The notes below the pieces were generated by a model that had not been told where the DNA came from, did no database searches, and saw only the letters and a list, made by a program, of their open reading frames with translations. This document shows positions 17,490 through 27,856 of a DNA stretch of 64,000 nt, in pieces. The position numbers were made by a program, and so were the translations under genes. This DNA comes from Thermoplasmata archaeon (GTDB taxonomy: Archaea > Thermoplasmatota > Thermoplasmata > Lutacidiplasmatales > UBA184): contig DATJYS010000005.1 of the NCBI GenBank assembly GCA_035499455.1, positions 551,348-615,347 of the forward strand, read 5' to 3'. The number at the start of each line of letters is the position of its first letter. Within the stretch, counting starts at the first letter, position 1.

Positions 17490-19883
17490 ATGGCGCCCTC
17501 TCCAGCGATTCGCCTTGCCGCAGTGTTTTTGGTCCTGGTCACGGTGGGGTCATCCCTCGCCGTTTTCGCCGTCGCCCCCGCCGCGGCCTATCGGGCGCCC
17601 GCGCCCGCGTTCGTCGTTTCCACCTCGCACGGCGTGAACCTCGTCGCCGGCCCCGCCGCCCATCCGAATCCGGCCGTCTCCTATCCGATCTTCTTCTACG
17701 AAACGGGACTCCCGTCGGGCATCAACTGGCAGATCACGGTGGGCCACGCTACGTCGAACTACGTGACGGACGGGAACACCGACTCCCTCGCCTTCTCCGA
17801 CCCGAACGGCGTCTACGCGTACTCCATCCAGGACATCTCGGGATGGCACCAGTCGAACCTCTCCTACCACGGCAACGTGGTCGTCAACGGGGCGTCCGTG
17901 ACGGAACCGACGTTGTCGTACTCGCAGGTCACCTACGCGGTGCAGTTCAGCGAGATGAGCCTCCCCTCGGGAAAGACGTTCCAGGTGACCCTGGGCGGCA
18001 ACCCCTCATCGCTCGTGACGGACGGGAGCACCGACACGTTGGCGTTCAACGTCCCGAACGGCACGTACAGCTACGCGATCCTCGACATCTCGGGCTGGCA
18101 TCAGGGGACCCTCCCGTACACCGGTCATGTGACCGTCACCGGATCGGGGGTGACCGAGGCGACCCTCATCTACGTCCAGGTCACCTACTCGGTCACGTTC
18201 CAGGAGAGCGGGATCGGCTCGGGGCAGACCTGGCAGGTGACGGTCAACAGCGTCGTGAAGTCCCTGACGACGAACGGCGCGACCGACGCCCTCTCGTGGT
18301 CCGGTCTCCCCAACGGCACGTACGCCTACTCGATCCAGGACATCGCCGGCTGGCACGAGGGCACGCTCCCGTACCACGGCTCCGTGGTCGTGGCGGGGTC
18401 GTCCGTGACGGAGTCGACGCTCGTCTACTTCCCCGTCACTTATTCGGTCGTGTTCACGGAGGTCGGCCTCCCCGCGGGCGAGACGTTCCAGGTGTCGGTC
18501 GGGCGGACGGGCGAGTCCCTCCTCACCGATGGGCACGCGGACAGCCTCTACTTCACCGCCGCGAACGGCACCTACTCCTACACGGTCACGGGCATCTCGG
18601 GCTGGCACCAGTCGAACATCACCTACACGGGAAGTTTGGTGATCACCGGCGCCCCGCTCACCGAGCCCACGCTCGAATTCCTGCAGGTGAACTACTCGGT
18701 GACGTTCACCGAGAGCGGCCTCCCCGCCGCGACCGTCTGGGCGGTCACCCTGAACGGCCAGACCCTTAGCTCGAACGGGACGATGATCGCGTTCAGCGAA
18801 CCGAACGGGACGTACGGCGACCACATCGACTACGTCGCCGGCTACCAGACCACGCCGTCCTCGTCCTCGGTCGTGGTGGCGGGCGCGGACCGCGCGATCT
18901 CGGTGCCGTTCACGCAGGTGACGTACACCCTCTCGTTCTCCGAGTCGACCCTGCCGTCGGGCACGCACTGGAGCGTCACCGTCGGCGTCACGACCCACAC
19001 GTCGACCGGCACGTCGATCGCGTTCACCCTCCCCAACGGGACGTACAGCTACTCGATCGGGTTTGTCTCGGGCTACGTCCCGACCGTCCCGAGCGGATCC
19101 GCCTCGATCACCGGCGCCTCGACCGTGGTCGCGGTGAGCTTCACGCAGGTCCAGTACACCCTGACGTTCACGGCGACCGGATTCCCGGCTACGGGCCACC
19201 CGAAGGTCTGGTCGGTCTCGCTGGACGGAACCCTCCAGACGACCTCCACCAGTTCGATCTCCTTCGCCGTGGCGAACGGCACGCACACGTACCTGGTCCG
19301 CGGACCGGCGGGATGGCGGGTCTCCTCCGTGCTCCCGCCCGAGGGATCGATCGTCATCAACGGGGAGAGCGCGAGCCAGGCCGTGACGTTCGTGCGCGGC
19401 GGCACGGGCACGGTGACGTTCCACGAGGTCGGTCTCGCGGTCGCGACGCGCTGGTGCGTCACCCTGGGCTCGCTGATCTGCTCCACGACCCCGAAGATCC
19501 TCTCGAAGAACCTGACCCCGGGAGCGTACTCCTACGTGATCAACACGTTCCACGGGGTCGACACGGTCGTCACCATCCACGGGGCCTCGGTCGGCACGTC
19601 GGGCGGCGTGGCGCTCGCTCACGGGACCACGGTGAAGGTGCGGTTCGCGTACGCGGTGACGTTCACCGAGTCGGGGCTGCCGTTCTCCACGAGCTGGAAG
19701 GTCGTGGCGGGAGGTCAGACGGTCATCTCGACCACAACCACGATCACGCTGTACCTCACCAACGGGACCTACACGTTCCACGTCGGCCACATCAGCGGAT
19801 ACACGGCCGCGCCCGGGTCCGGCGGCCTGCACGTCGCGGGCTCGAACCTGGCGGTGTCGATCCGGTTCTCGGTCGCGCGGTAG
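17490..19883 (+). CDS. Secreted/surface protein of nine tandem ESGLP-type (thermopsin C-terminal-like) beta repeats
   Basis: Signal peptide; repeats YxVxFxExGLPxG...W.V...PNGTYxY; many NxT/S sequons; TATA-like TTATGTA at 17461. Confidence 0.85.
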   Translation: MAPSPAIRLAAVFLVLVTVGSSLAVFAVAPAAAYRAPAPAFVVSTSHGVNLVAGPAAHPNPAVSYPIFFYETGLPSGINWQITVGHATSNYVTDGNTDSLAFSDPNGVYAYSIQDISGWHQSNLSYHGNVVVNGASVTEPTLSYSQVTYAVQFSEMSLPSGKTFQVTLGGNPSSLVTDGSTDTLAFNVPNGTYSYAILDISGWHQGTLPYTGHVTVTGSGVTEATLIYVQVTYSVTFQESGIGSGQTWQVTVNSVVKSLTTNGATDALSWSGLPNGTYAYSIQDIAGWHEGTLPYHGSVVVAGSSVTESTLVYFPVTYSVVFTEVGLPAGETFQVSVGRTGESLLTDGHADSLYFTAANGTYSYTVTGISGWHQSNITYTGSLVITGAPLTEPTLEFLQVNYSVTFTESGLPAATVWAVTLNGQTLSSNGTMIAFSEPNGTYGDHIDYVAGYQTTPSSSSVVVAGADRAISVPFTQVTYTLSFSESTLPSGTHWSVTVGVTTHTSTGTSIAFTLPNGTYSYSIGFVSGYVPTVPSGSASITGASTVVAVSFTQVQYTLTFTATGFPATGHPKVWSVSLDGTLQTTSTSSISFAVANGTHTYLVRGPAGWRVSSVLPPEGSIVINGESASQAVTFVRGGTGTVTFHEVGLAVATRWCVTLGSLICSTTPKILSKNLTPGAYSYVINTFHGVDTVVTIHGASVGTSGGVALAHGTTVKVRFAYAVTFTESGLPFSTSWKVVAGGQTVISTTTTITLYLTNGTYTFHVGHISGYTAAPGSGGLHVAGSNLAVSIRFSVAR

Positions 19884-20157
19884 GGTTCGAGGGCCGCCCC
19901 TACACGGGGGCGCGGGTTCCCGTCGCCGCGCGTCCCGCGCGCGATACGCCTACCCTGCGGGACCGCCGCCGCTCGGGCGGACCGCGCGGTCCGTCGTGCG
20001 GGACCTGCCAGTACAGGGCAGGACGGGCACGAGGGTGGCCTACCCGGCCCCGCCACCCTGCGGCAGGGGCTTCCACCGGTGGGGTTGTCCGGGAGACAGC
20101 ACCGGCCCGATCTCGCCGAAGCGGGCCTGGGAGCGACTCCGAGGCGGGGCCCCTGGA

Positions 20158-22272
20158 TCACGCCGCGAGTCGGCCCAACGGCGCGGCGGCGAGCGCCACC
20201 ATCTCGGGCCCCGCGCTGAGGGATCGGATCCCGGAGCCGCCGGGCAGTCGCCCGATCGCCCCGTGGGCACCGGCCGTGGTGAAACTGACGAGGACCAGCG
20301 GCGTCGGATGGGGCGCGGTCACGACGAACGTCCCGGACGCGGGGTGGGGGTGCAGGTAGGTGAAGTTCGAGACCCGGAACGTGTAGGTGCCGTTCACCAG
20401 GTGGAACTTGATCGTCGCGGCCGTCGTGTGGATGCTCGCGTTCATCGGCCCGGTAATGTTGACGTCCCACGGAGTGCCCCGACCGAGGCCGACCGCGCGG
20501 AACGCCACCGTCGCGGTGACGAGCTTGAACTTGACCGTCTTCGTGATCGCGTGGATCCCGACCGTAACGGTCCCGTGCCCCGGGGTGGAGCCGTAGGTCG
20601 TGGGGTTCCCCGTGACGTGGAACTTCCAGGCGCCCTGGACGACCGTGAACGCGACCGACGAGGAGGTCGTGGAGGCCGATTGCGGCGCCGGTCCACCGTG
20701 CTTCAGCGCCGACTGCAGCGAGACGCCCCACGGAGAGCTCGGCGGAAGCCCCAGCTCGTCGAAGGTGAGCGACTCGAGGTGACCGAACTTCACCGCGAGG
20801 GTCACTTTCGCCCCCGAGATGTTCGCGGAACCCTGGGTCGGCTGGAGCGGGCCGGTGACCTTCGAGACAGCATAGTCCGCCGGAGGGGTGAACGAGAAGG
20901 CGAGCACGCCGCTCGGGACGAGCACCACGATCGTTCCCTTCGCGTGCACCGTGACGTCCGAGAGGACCACGGGCGGAGCCCCGACGCTGACGGACCACAG
21001 GGTCGCCGGGGGAAGGCCCGTTGCCCGGAACGTCACCTGGGTGAGCACGAGAACGCTGACGCTTGCGGACCCCTGGTTCGCCACGTACACCGCGGTCGCG
21101 TTCACCGGGTCGACCGCGAGGGCGTCCGGCTGGTCCCCGACGGGGATCGACCCCGCGACCCGGGCCGGGGAGGTCGCGAGCACGGTCACGTTGCCCGATC
21201 CCCCGTTCGCCTCGTAGACGTAGCCGGTCGCGGAACTGTAGGTCATCGCGTCGTCCATGCCGGGGGCTTCCCCGACCGGGACCGTGGCGATCACCGTGTT
21301 GTTGACGGTCGAGATGACGCTCACGTTGTTGGAGAAGTGGTTCGCCACGAAGAGCTCCTTGGCGGCGCCGTCCACCGCAAGCCCCGTGGGGCCCGATCCG
21401 ACCGCGACCGTCGCGTTCAGGGAGCCGTTGGACCCCCAGAGGACGCTGACGTTGTCCGAACCGACATTCGCGACGTAGACCCGGCCGTTCGCCGGGTCGA
21501 ACAGCATCGCGCCGTTCGGCCCCGGGTCGGTGCCAACGGTCGTCGTCCGGATGACGGTGTTCGTGGCGCCCGAGATCACGCTCACGTTGTCCGACCCTGC
21601 CTCCGCCACGAAGACGTCGTGGGTCGTCGGGTCGAGCACGAGGGCGTCCGGATCCGGACCGACGGGTACCGTGTCGATCACCCGGGGGATCGCGGCCGCA
21701 GGGGAGATGATGCTGACCGTCCCCGACCCACCGTTCGAGACGTAGACGTCGTGGTTCGCGGGATTCACGACGATCGCGTTCGGCTCCACCCCGACCGGGA
21801 CGGACGCAACGACTGAGAGCTCGGAGATCGAGATGACGCTCACGTTGTCGGAGCCCGCATTCGAGACGTAGACCGTCCAGTTCGTGGTGTCGAGCGCGAT
21901 GCCGCCCGGTGCGGGTTGCGACCCCACGGGGATGGTCGCGATCAGTTCGTTCGTGGCGATCGCGATCGCGCTCACGTTGTTTCCGAACTGGGAGGCGACG
22001 AAGACCGTCCCGTTCGCGGGATCAACGAGCACCGAATCCGGTCCCGCACCCACCGGCACGACCGGCGGCGCTGTGGCCGGACGATCGACCGATGGGACGA
22101 TGGGGAGAGCGGCGCGCGCCGACGGCGCCGAGGGCGGCGACGAGAGGGAGGGCGGATGCACCGGCGAAGCGGCTCCACCCGCCACAACGGCGCTCGAGGT
22201 GACCACGAGGATCGCCAAGACGACGATCGCGACGGACGCAGGTCGGGCCATAGTTTCGACCCCAGAAGACAT
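20158..22272 (-). CDS. YVTN/YncE beta-propeller surface protein with three C-terminal ESGLP-type repeats
   Basis: Signal peptide; eight repeats VGxxP...DPxN..VYVAN.GS.NVSVI; start uncertain (22272 or 22251). Confidence 0.85.
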   Translation of the reverse strand: MSSGVETMARPASVAIVVLAILVVTSSAVVAGGAASPVHPPSLSSPPSAPSARAALPIVPSVDRPATAPPVVPVGAGPDSVLVDPANGTVFVASQFGNNVSAIAIATNELIATIPVGSQPAPGGIALDTTNWTVYVSNAGSDNVSVISISELSVVASVPVGVEPNAIVVNPANHDVYVSNGGSGTVSIISPAAAIPRVIDTVPVGPDPDALVLDPTTHDVFVAEAGSDNVSVISGATNTVIRTTTVGTDPGPNGAMLFDPANGRVYVANVGSDNVSVLWGSNGSLNATVAVGSGPTGLAVDGAAKELFVANHFSNNVSVISTVNNTVIATVPVGEAPGMDDAMTYSSATGYVYEANGGSGNVTVLATSPARVAGSIPVGDQPDALAVDPVNATAVYVANQGSASVSVLVLTQVTFRATGLPPATLWSVSVGAPPVVLSDVTVHAKGTIVVLVPSGVLAFSFTPPADYAVSKVTGPLQPTQGSANISGAKVTLAVKFGHLESLTFDELGLPPSSPWGVSLQSALKHGGPAPQSASTTSSSVAFTVVQGAWKFHVTGNPTTYGSTPGHGTVTVGIHAITKTVKFKLVTATVAFRAVGLGRGTPWDVNITGPMNASIHTTAATIKFHLVNGTYTFRVSNFTYLHPHPASGTFVVTAPHPTPLVLVSFTTAGAHGAIGRLPGGSGIRSLSAGPEMVALAAAPLGRLAA

Positions 22273-22737
22273 GGACCCACCCCTATTTCCGTCTTCCACG
22301 ACCGCCCGCCGCGAGGGCCGGGAGCCGTCCCAGACAGACCCACGGCCCCGCGGACGATGAACGATCGATTCGGCCCGACCTGCGACGGTGACCCCTTCGT
22401 GCCAGGTCACCTTGACGTCGAGGACTACGGCGCCCGAAAGGGACTCGGAGTCCGACCGCTTGGGCGGGTCCTTGGATGCTCGGCCGGCGGCCAGGGGGTG
22501 GCGATCGGACCCGGCATCGTAGAACTAGTTAGCCAAACTACCCCTCGACAGTACCCGTCGCACCGGTGAGGAGAACGACCTTCGGGACCGAGGCGGTTGC
22601 CGGTCCGCGGCCCGAGGCCGCGGGGTGCCCCCTCCCCGGGTCGGGGGAGGGGGCGGGCCCCCCGGGGTCGGACGGTCGGAGCGGCCGAGGGCTCCGACCG
22701 CCTCCGGGGGGCGGTGCGTCGAGGGCGTGCTCCGCGC

Positions 22738-23493
22738 TCAGGGCGGGCTGGTCAGGTGGCCCGGGAGAATGTCTCCGATGTAGAACCACGCCGCGATCGC
22801 CGCGAGCAGCATGAACGCCGGGAACCAGACGGTCGCGAGGTAGACCCAGGCGGGGACGCGGTAGCGTCCCTTGGCGGATCCCTCGGGGGGGGCCATCGGC
22901 GGGGCCTCCTCCGTGATCGGCGTCATGCTGAGCGAGAGCGTCGGGAAGCTGGCCCCCGGGTGCTCGAGCCACCAGTCCACGACCAGAGAGGCCGGAAGGG
23001 CGAACACTCCCGCGGCGGCGTACGCTCCGTAGAGCAGGAACGTCTCGAGGGGGTCCTTGGTCAGGCCGAACGAGCCCGGCTTCACGAGGGTCGTGTACCC
23101 CCAGTAGCCGTACCACGCGGTAATGACGCCGGCGACGAACGCGAACAGGCCGGCGTACTCGAGCTTGAGCCCGAAGTACCCGACGAAGGCGTAGACGAGC
23201 ATCACGAGCGCGAAGAGGCAGATGACGTCGCCGAAGAATATGTCGTAGGAGCCGAGCCCGTCGGAGAGCAGGAACGGCCAGGTGTATTCGATGAAGATCC
23301 CGATCGCCAGCGACAACGTCCCGATCATTCCCGCGGGAACCGCGGACGCCTTGATCGCCGCCCGGACTCGGGCCGGGTCGTTCCGGAGCATGTGCCAGAA
23401 CGCCCGGATCGCGGTGTAGGTCATCACCGCGGCTCCGGCGAGGATCAGCGCAACGACGAGTCCCAGGTCATCGACAAACGCCACGAACGCCAT
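22738..23493 (-). CDS. DUF981-like membrane protein
   Basis: FVDDLGL start, TWP...GSYDIFFGD motif, multiple TMs, strong SD GGAG. Confidence 0.7.
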   Translation of the reverse strand: MAFVAFVDDLGLVVALILAGAAVMTYTAIRAFWHMLRNDPARVRAAIKASAVPAGMIGTLSLAIGIFIEYTWPFLLSDGLGSYDIFFGDVICLFALVMLVYAFVGYFGLKLEYAGLFAFVAGVITAWYGYWGYTTLVKPGSFGLTKDPLETFLLYGAYAAAGVFALPASLVVDWWLEHPGASFPTLSLSMTPITEEAPPMAPPEGSAKGRYRVPAWVYLATVWFPAFMLLAAIAAWFYIGDILPGHLTSPP

Positions 23494-23810
23494 CTTCCCT
23501 CTCCTTCTCGGCCCGAAGGCCGAGGGCTCGTATCGTAGACCCCCTTATTATCCATGAGTCAACGATTCTTGACCGCGGTCCTCTCTCGTGCCGGCGGGAA
23601 ACCGCGCCGAGGCGGAGCGCGGCTCGGGTCCCGCAGGAGATCGTTGGATGGGCCCGACCCCGGGTCCGCGTCGCGAGCCGACCGCCGCGGGCCGACAGAC
23701 GACGGAGCGCGCCCGGGGCTCCCTCGCTATCGACCGCGGAGCTGATACGCGGTGACCGGCTGGGCACCGGGGCCGGGCCAGGAAGGGGTCGACCTCCTCG
23801 CGGCGAGCGG

Positions 23811-24320
23811 ATGACGGGTCCTGAGAAACCTCGAACGCGCACGGTCGCCTGGCAGGACCCCGGCGTCTTCGCCGAGGCGATGAAGACCGCCAGCGGGATC
23901 GAGTTCCTTCGTGGATTTCTCACCGAATCCCTTCCGCCGCCGCCGTTCATGGAACTCCTGGGGGTACGGATCGCGTCGGTCGAACCGTCGGCCGTCTCGA
24001 TCGAGTTCGAGCCGGCGGAGTTCATGTACAGCCCGCTCGGGAACGTGCACGGAGGGATCGTGACCGTCCTGCTCGACACGGCGATGGGGTGCTCGTTCCA
24101 TACGACGCTCCCCGCCGGGGTCGGCTACACCACCCTCGAGCTCAAGGTCAACTTCGTCCGCCCGGTGACCGTCCGCGACGGCCCGCTGCGGGCCGAGGGG
24201 CGGGTCGTGTCCGCAGGCGCCCGCGTCGCCACGACGGAGGCCCACCTGAGGGACCGCGATCGGAAACTGTTCGCGCACGCCACCTCGACCCTGCTCGTCC
24301 TCCGACCGGAGCCGAGATAG
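23811..24320 (+). CDS. PaaI family thioesterase
   Basis: SPLGNVHGG...LLDTAMG, TLELKVNFVRP. Confidence 0.92.
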   Translation: MTGPEKPRTRTVAWQDPGVFAEAMKTASGIEFLRGFLTESLPPPPFMELLGVRIASVEPSAVSIEFEPAEFMYSPLGNVHGGIVTVLLDTAMGCSFHTTLPAGVGYTTLELKVNFVRPVTVRDGPLRAEGRVVSAGARVATTEAHLRDRDRKLFAHATSTLLVLRPEPR

Positions 24321-24469
24321 CGCGGCGTCCGTCGGCGGATCCCCCCGGGCCGAGCGGACTCTCGAGACCGAATCGAGCCTTCCTTGGGAGGGGGAGCGCG
24401 GCGACGTCGGTCGCTTCCGGCCACGCGTCCCGGGCGCGCCGGGACGGTTCGCCCTCCCAGCATAAGTCC

Positions 24470-24543
24470 CGGGCCCGAGGGGATTTGAACCCCTGATCTT
24501 GCGGTTAAGAGCCGCCTGCTCTACCGGGCTGAGCTACGGGCCC
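24470..24543 (-). tRNA. tRNA-Lys(CTT)
   Basis: Cloverleaf GGGCCCGTAGCTCAGCCCGGTAGAGCAGGCGGCT-CTT-AACCGCAAGATCAGGGGTTCAAATCCCCTCGGGCCCG; upstream TATA-like TTTATG. Confidence 0.95.
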
Positions 24544-24599
24544 GCGACGAGGGGCGCCGAGCCGGGTCGGCCGCATAAAGGCTCCGAGGAGCGGCCGTC

Positions 24600-25541
24600 T
24601 CAGCGCCGGATCCGTTCGAGGGCCGCCCCGACCATGAGGGGGAGCAGGACCGTGACGTCGCCCTCGACCGTCGTATGGCGCGCCGACGCCTTCACCTTCC
24701 CCCAGGAGACCGCTTCCCGGGTGCGCGCGCCGGAGAGGCTCCCGTCCCACTCGACGGCGGTCGTCAGGTACAGGGCCGCGTCCAACCCGTCGCGGAACTG
24801 GTTCCACCAGATCGTGTGGTGCTTCGAGATCCCGCCCCCGAGCAGGATCGCCCCGGACCGCTTCGCTCCGTAGACGAGATCGGAGAGCGCCTGCTCGTCC
24901 GAGAGAAGGTCGATCGAGAGCGCCTTGTGGTCCTGCCAGAACAGCCAGAGCTGGGAGCCGACCGCTCCGTCCGTGATCCCCGGGACGAAGACGGGGACAT
25001 CCCGGTCGTAGGCGGCGCGCAGGATGCTCGACGTCGCGTTCGCCGGGAGGGCGGCGCCGATCGCCCGGGCGAGCGCCTGGGAGGAGACGGCCCGGGTCCC
25101 GTCGGCCCACAGTCGCCGAAGGATCGGCCCCATCTTGCGCTCGATGATCGCCCCGTAGTTCGCCTCGGGGATGACGAGGTTCCCGAGGCGGTAGAGGTGG
25201 CGACGGTGCAGCGCCGCGTCGTCGAGGTTCCAGGCGCCGTGGTAGTACGGCCGGAACGCGCGGGCGAGGTCGTGGTCGAGCGTTCCGCACGTCGTGACGA
25301 CCGCGTCGACGTACCCTTCCCGCACCAGGGTGGCGAGGACGCCCCGGACCCCGGTCGCGACGAGGTCGGCGGGGAACGACAGGAAGACCGTCATGTCGCG
25401 GTCGCCGAGGATCCGGGCGAGGAGGTCGACGCCGTCGGCGACCTCCTTCGCGCTGAAGCCGCCCCCCGCTTCCATGCGGCGGACCAGCGTGTCGAGGGTC
25501 GGCGCGTCGTCGATCCGCAGGTCCTCGACCTTCCGCGGCAC
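24600..25541 (-). CDS. dys: Deoxyhypusine synthase
   Basis: PGITDGAVG, LGGGISKHH, DGSLSGA, EAVSWGK (catalytic Lys); GTG start inferred. Confidence 0.95.
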   Translation of the reverse strand: MPRKVEDLRIDDAPTLDTLVRRMEAGGGFSAKEVADGVDLLARILGDRDMTVFLSFPADLVATGVRGVLATLVREGYVDAVVTTCGTLDHDLARAFRPYYHGAWNLDDAALHRRHLYRLGNLVIPEANYGAIIERKMGPILRRLWADGTRAVSSQALARAIGAALPANATSSILRAAYDRDVPVFVPGITDGAVGSQLWLFWQDHKALSIDLLSDEQALSDLVYGAKRSGAILLGGGISKHHTIWWNQFRDGLDAALYLTTAVEWDGSLSGARTREAVSWGKVKASARHTTVEGDVTVLLPLMVGAALERIRR

Positions 25542-25564
25542 GGCGCGGGGAGGCGGCCGGGCGG

Positions 25565-26533
25565 TTAAAGGCCCCCGGTGAGGCCGAGGGTCAACGAGTG
25601 GAAGACGAGCACGTAGGCGAGGGCGTAGCCGAGGAGGGCGCCGCCGTTGAGGAGCGGGAGGCCGGCCTGCGGGTTCCCGCCGAGGACGAGCCGCATGAGC
25701 ACGCCGTAGCCGACCAGCGAGCCGAGCATCGCCGCCCCGGCGATCAGCAGGTTCGCCCCGACCCCGAGGAGGTGCGGCGACGTCGGGAGCCAGACGAACG
25801 CCGACGCGATCAGCGCTCCGGGGATGACGATGTCCCCGAGGCCCATGAACATCGCCGCCCGCTCCTCGGTCGGCTGCCCCCGCTGCTCCTGGAGCGTCGG
25901 GGCGCTCGTGTAGTCGTACCCCGACCGGTCGGGCATCACGAGGAGGATCGGGAGCTTCATCTCGGTGACGACGTCCGCGAGGCTCACCATGTGCTTCGTG
26001 CGGTAGACGGCGATCGCGTCGTAGACCATCAGCGCCAGCAGCAGGATGAAGACGGGCAAGATGTCGAAGGAGATCCCGAGGATCGCGACGAGCGCCCCCG
26101 CCGCGATGAATCCGGTGATGTCGACGACGTACCACTGCGGCTCGACCATGAGCGAGAGGAACAGCAGGGCGGTGACGCCTCCCGCGAGGGTGAGGGCGGG
26201 GGCGTAGGTGATCTCGGCCCCGTACGGGGGGAGGAGGATGCTCGCGGGGGGGATCAGCGAGAAGGTGGCGTAGAGGGTGACGTAGAGGGAGAGGGCGATC
26301 ATGACGAGGATTCCCGCGCGCAGGCGCGCCATCGCCCCCTTCAGGCGGACGAACAGGAGGATCGCGAGGGGCGCGATCACGATGATGGCGATGAGGAACA
26401 GCGGCGAGGCCGCGCTCTGGGGGTTCGAGGTCGAGGAGAGCCCCTCGGAACGGAACGGGTCCGCGAGCGCGAGCCCCACGACCTGGGCGCCGATGTAGAG
26501 GCCGAGCAGTCCGAGCCACCGGACACTGCGCAT
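25565..26533 (-). CDS. Presenilin/SPP-like intramembrane aspartyl protease (PSH)
   Basis: YDAIAVY, MGLGD, PQAGLP; multiple TM segments. Confidence 0.92.
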   Translation of the reverse strand: MRSVRWLGLLGLYIGAQVVGLALADPFRSEGLSSTSNPQSAASPLFLIAIIVIAPLAILLFVRLKGAMARLRAGILVMIALSLYVTLYATFSLIPPASILLPPYGAEITYAPALTLAGGVTALLFLSLMVEPQWYVVDITGFIAAGALVAILGISFDILPVFILLLALMVYDAIAVYRTKHMVSLADVVTEMKLPILLVMPDRSGYDYTSAPTLQEQRGQPTEERAAMFMGLGDIVIPGALIASAFVWLPTSPHLLGVGANLLIAGAAMLGSLVGYGVLMRLVLGGNPQAGLPLLNGGALLGYALAYVLVFHSLTLGLTGGL

Positions 26534-26540
26534 GGCGACG

Positions 26541-27158
26541 CTACGGCTGGACGACGGCGTAGGCGTTGTTGCCCAGCACCTTCGTGATCTTCGCGTTGAT
26601 CGTGGCGCCGCGCTGGTTCGCTCCGGTCACGAAGATGACGAACCCTTCCTTCTTGGCGACGCCGTCCCCTCGTCGCCCGACGTCCTCGATAGTGAGGCGG
26701 TAGACCTCTCCGACGACGACCGGGGCGCGGGGCTTCTCGGGGGCGACGACCCGGCGGACCGTGATCGGGCGCTGCGCGCCGCACGCCTCGCAGACGAGGA
26801 GCGTGAGGCGCCCGTCCTTCTGGAGGTGGGTGTCGGGCCGCTTGCACTCCGAGCAGATCACGTACTTCGCGGTGTACTCCCGGATCCGCGTGCCGACCTG
26901 CTCCTTCGTGAGCCGGGACTTGAGGACCCCGCGGGGAAGGTCGAGGACCCCCGGGCAGCCGAACTCCTTCGCGAGGTAGCCGATCAGATGGGCCGGTTCG
27001 CGCCGCATCACGCCGGCGATCTCCTGGAGGTTGCGGATGACCGTGTTCTTCCCGTCGGACATCATGTCCGGGTCGGGGACGACGAACCGCTCGCCGGCCG
27101 CGCGGACCGGGGGCAGCTTCGCGCGGGCCCGCTCGAGCAGGACCGAGTACGGCTCCAT
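26541..27158 (-). CDS. eif2b: Translation initiation factor aIF-2 beta with C-terminal TRAM domain
   Basis: YVICSECKRPDT...CEACGA; TRAM GDGVAK..GFVIFV. Confidence 0.95.
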   Translation of the reverse strand: MEPYSVLLERARAKLPPVRAAGERFVVPDPDMMSDGKNTVIRNLQEIAGVMRREPAHLIGYLAKEFGCPGVLDLPRGVLKSRLTKEQVGTRIREYTAKYVICSECKRPDTHLQKDGRLTLLVCEACGAQRPITVRRVVAPEKPRAPVVVGEVYRLTIEDVGRRGDGVAKKEGFVIFVTGANQRGATINAKITKVLGNNAYAVVQP

Positions 27159-27202
27159 GGAACGGATTACGAGCGAGCGGTCGGGGATAAGGCTTCCCGC
27201 CC

Positions 27203-27856
27203 TCACGCCGGCGGGAACCGCTCGAGGACGTCGAGAACCTTCGCGAGGTCGCGCTCCGCGACGACCGCGCTGGCGCCACGACGGACCGCCTCGTCCTCGG
27301 GGAGGAAGGCGATCCCGACGCGGCTGCGGCGGAACAGCCCGACGTCGATCTCGGAGTTCCCGACCGAGGCGGTCTCCTCCGGGCGGAACCCCAGCTGCGC
27401 CTGGAGCGCGGCGAGGACCCCTTCCTTGTCGTGGATCGGCACCCGGACGATCCCCTCGCCCGTCAGCTGACCGTGGGCGGTCACCCGGAACCCGTTCGCG
27501 AGCGCGACGTCGATGCCGAGCTCGCGGGCGATGCGGCGGGCGAGCAGGTCGATCCCTCCGCTGACGATCGCGGTCCGGACCCCGCGCCGGTGCAGTCCGT
27601 CGATCAGCGCCTTCGCGCCCGGCATCAACGGCACCGTCCCCAGGATCCGCTCGAGGTCGAAGACGGTCAGCTGCGGCGCATGCCGTCGCCAGATCACGAT
27701 GTCGGTCCGGATGAACTCCTCGTCGTCGATCTCGTTCGCGAGGAACCTCCTCAACCCCTCCGCGTTGTGCTCGCCGAAGTGCTCGTGGACGGCAGCCCAC
27801 GAGCTCGCCACGTCGACGAGCGTTCCGTCCATGTCGAGGGCGACGAACCTAAGCAC
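27203..27856 (-). CDS. HAD-IB phosphatase (phosphoserine phosphatase-like)
   Basis: DMDGTL, VSGG, K, VGNSEID motifs. Confidence 0.85.
   Translation of the reverse strand: MLRFVALDMDGTLVDVASSWAAVHEHFGEHNAEGLRRFLANEIDDEEFIRTDIVIWRRHAPQLTVFDLERILGTVPLMPGAKALIDGLHRRGVRTAIVSGGIDLLARRIARELGIDVALANGFRVTAHGQLTGEGIVRVPIHDKEGVLAALQAQLGFRPEETASVGNSEIDVGLFRRSRVGIAFLPEDEAVRRGASAVVAERDLAKVLDVLERFPPA

Noticed and set aside
22427..22450. tRNA-3'-end-like string (minus CCGAGTCCCTTTCGGGCGCC) as a possible att for tRNA-Lys
   Set aside because: Poor match to the tRNA-Lys end and no T-arm; no convincing duplication of the tRNA-Lys end was found.
26541..27158. aIF2-beta-TRAM fusion
   Set aside because: Known architecture in Thermoplasmata and some methanogens; not novel.
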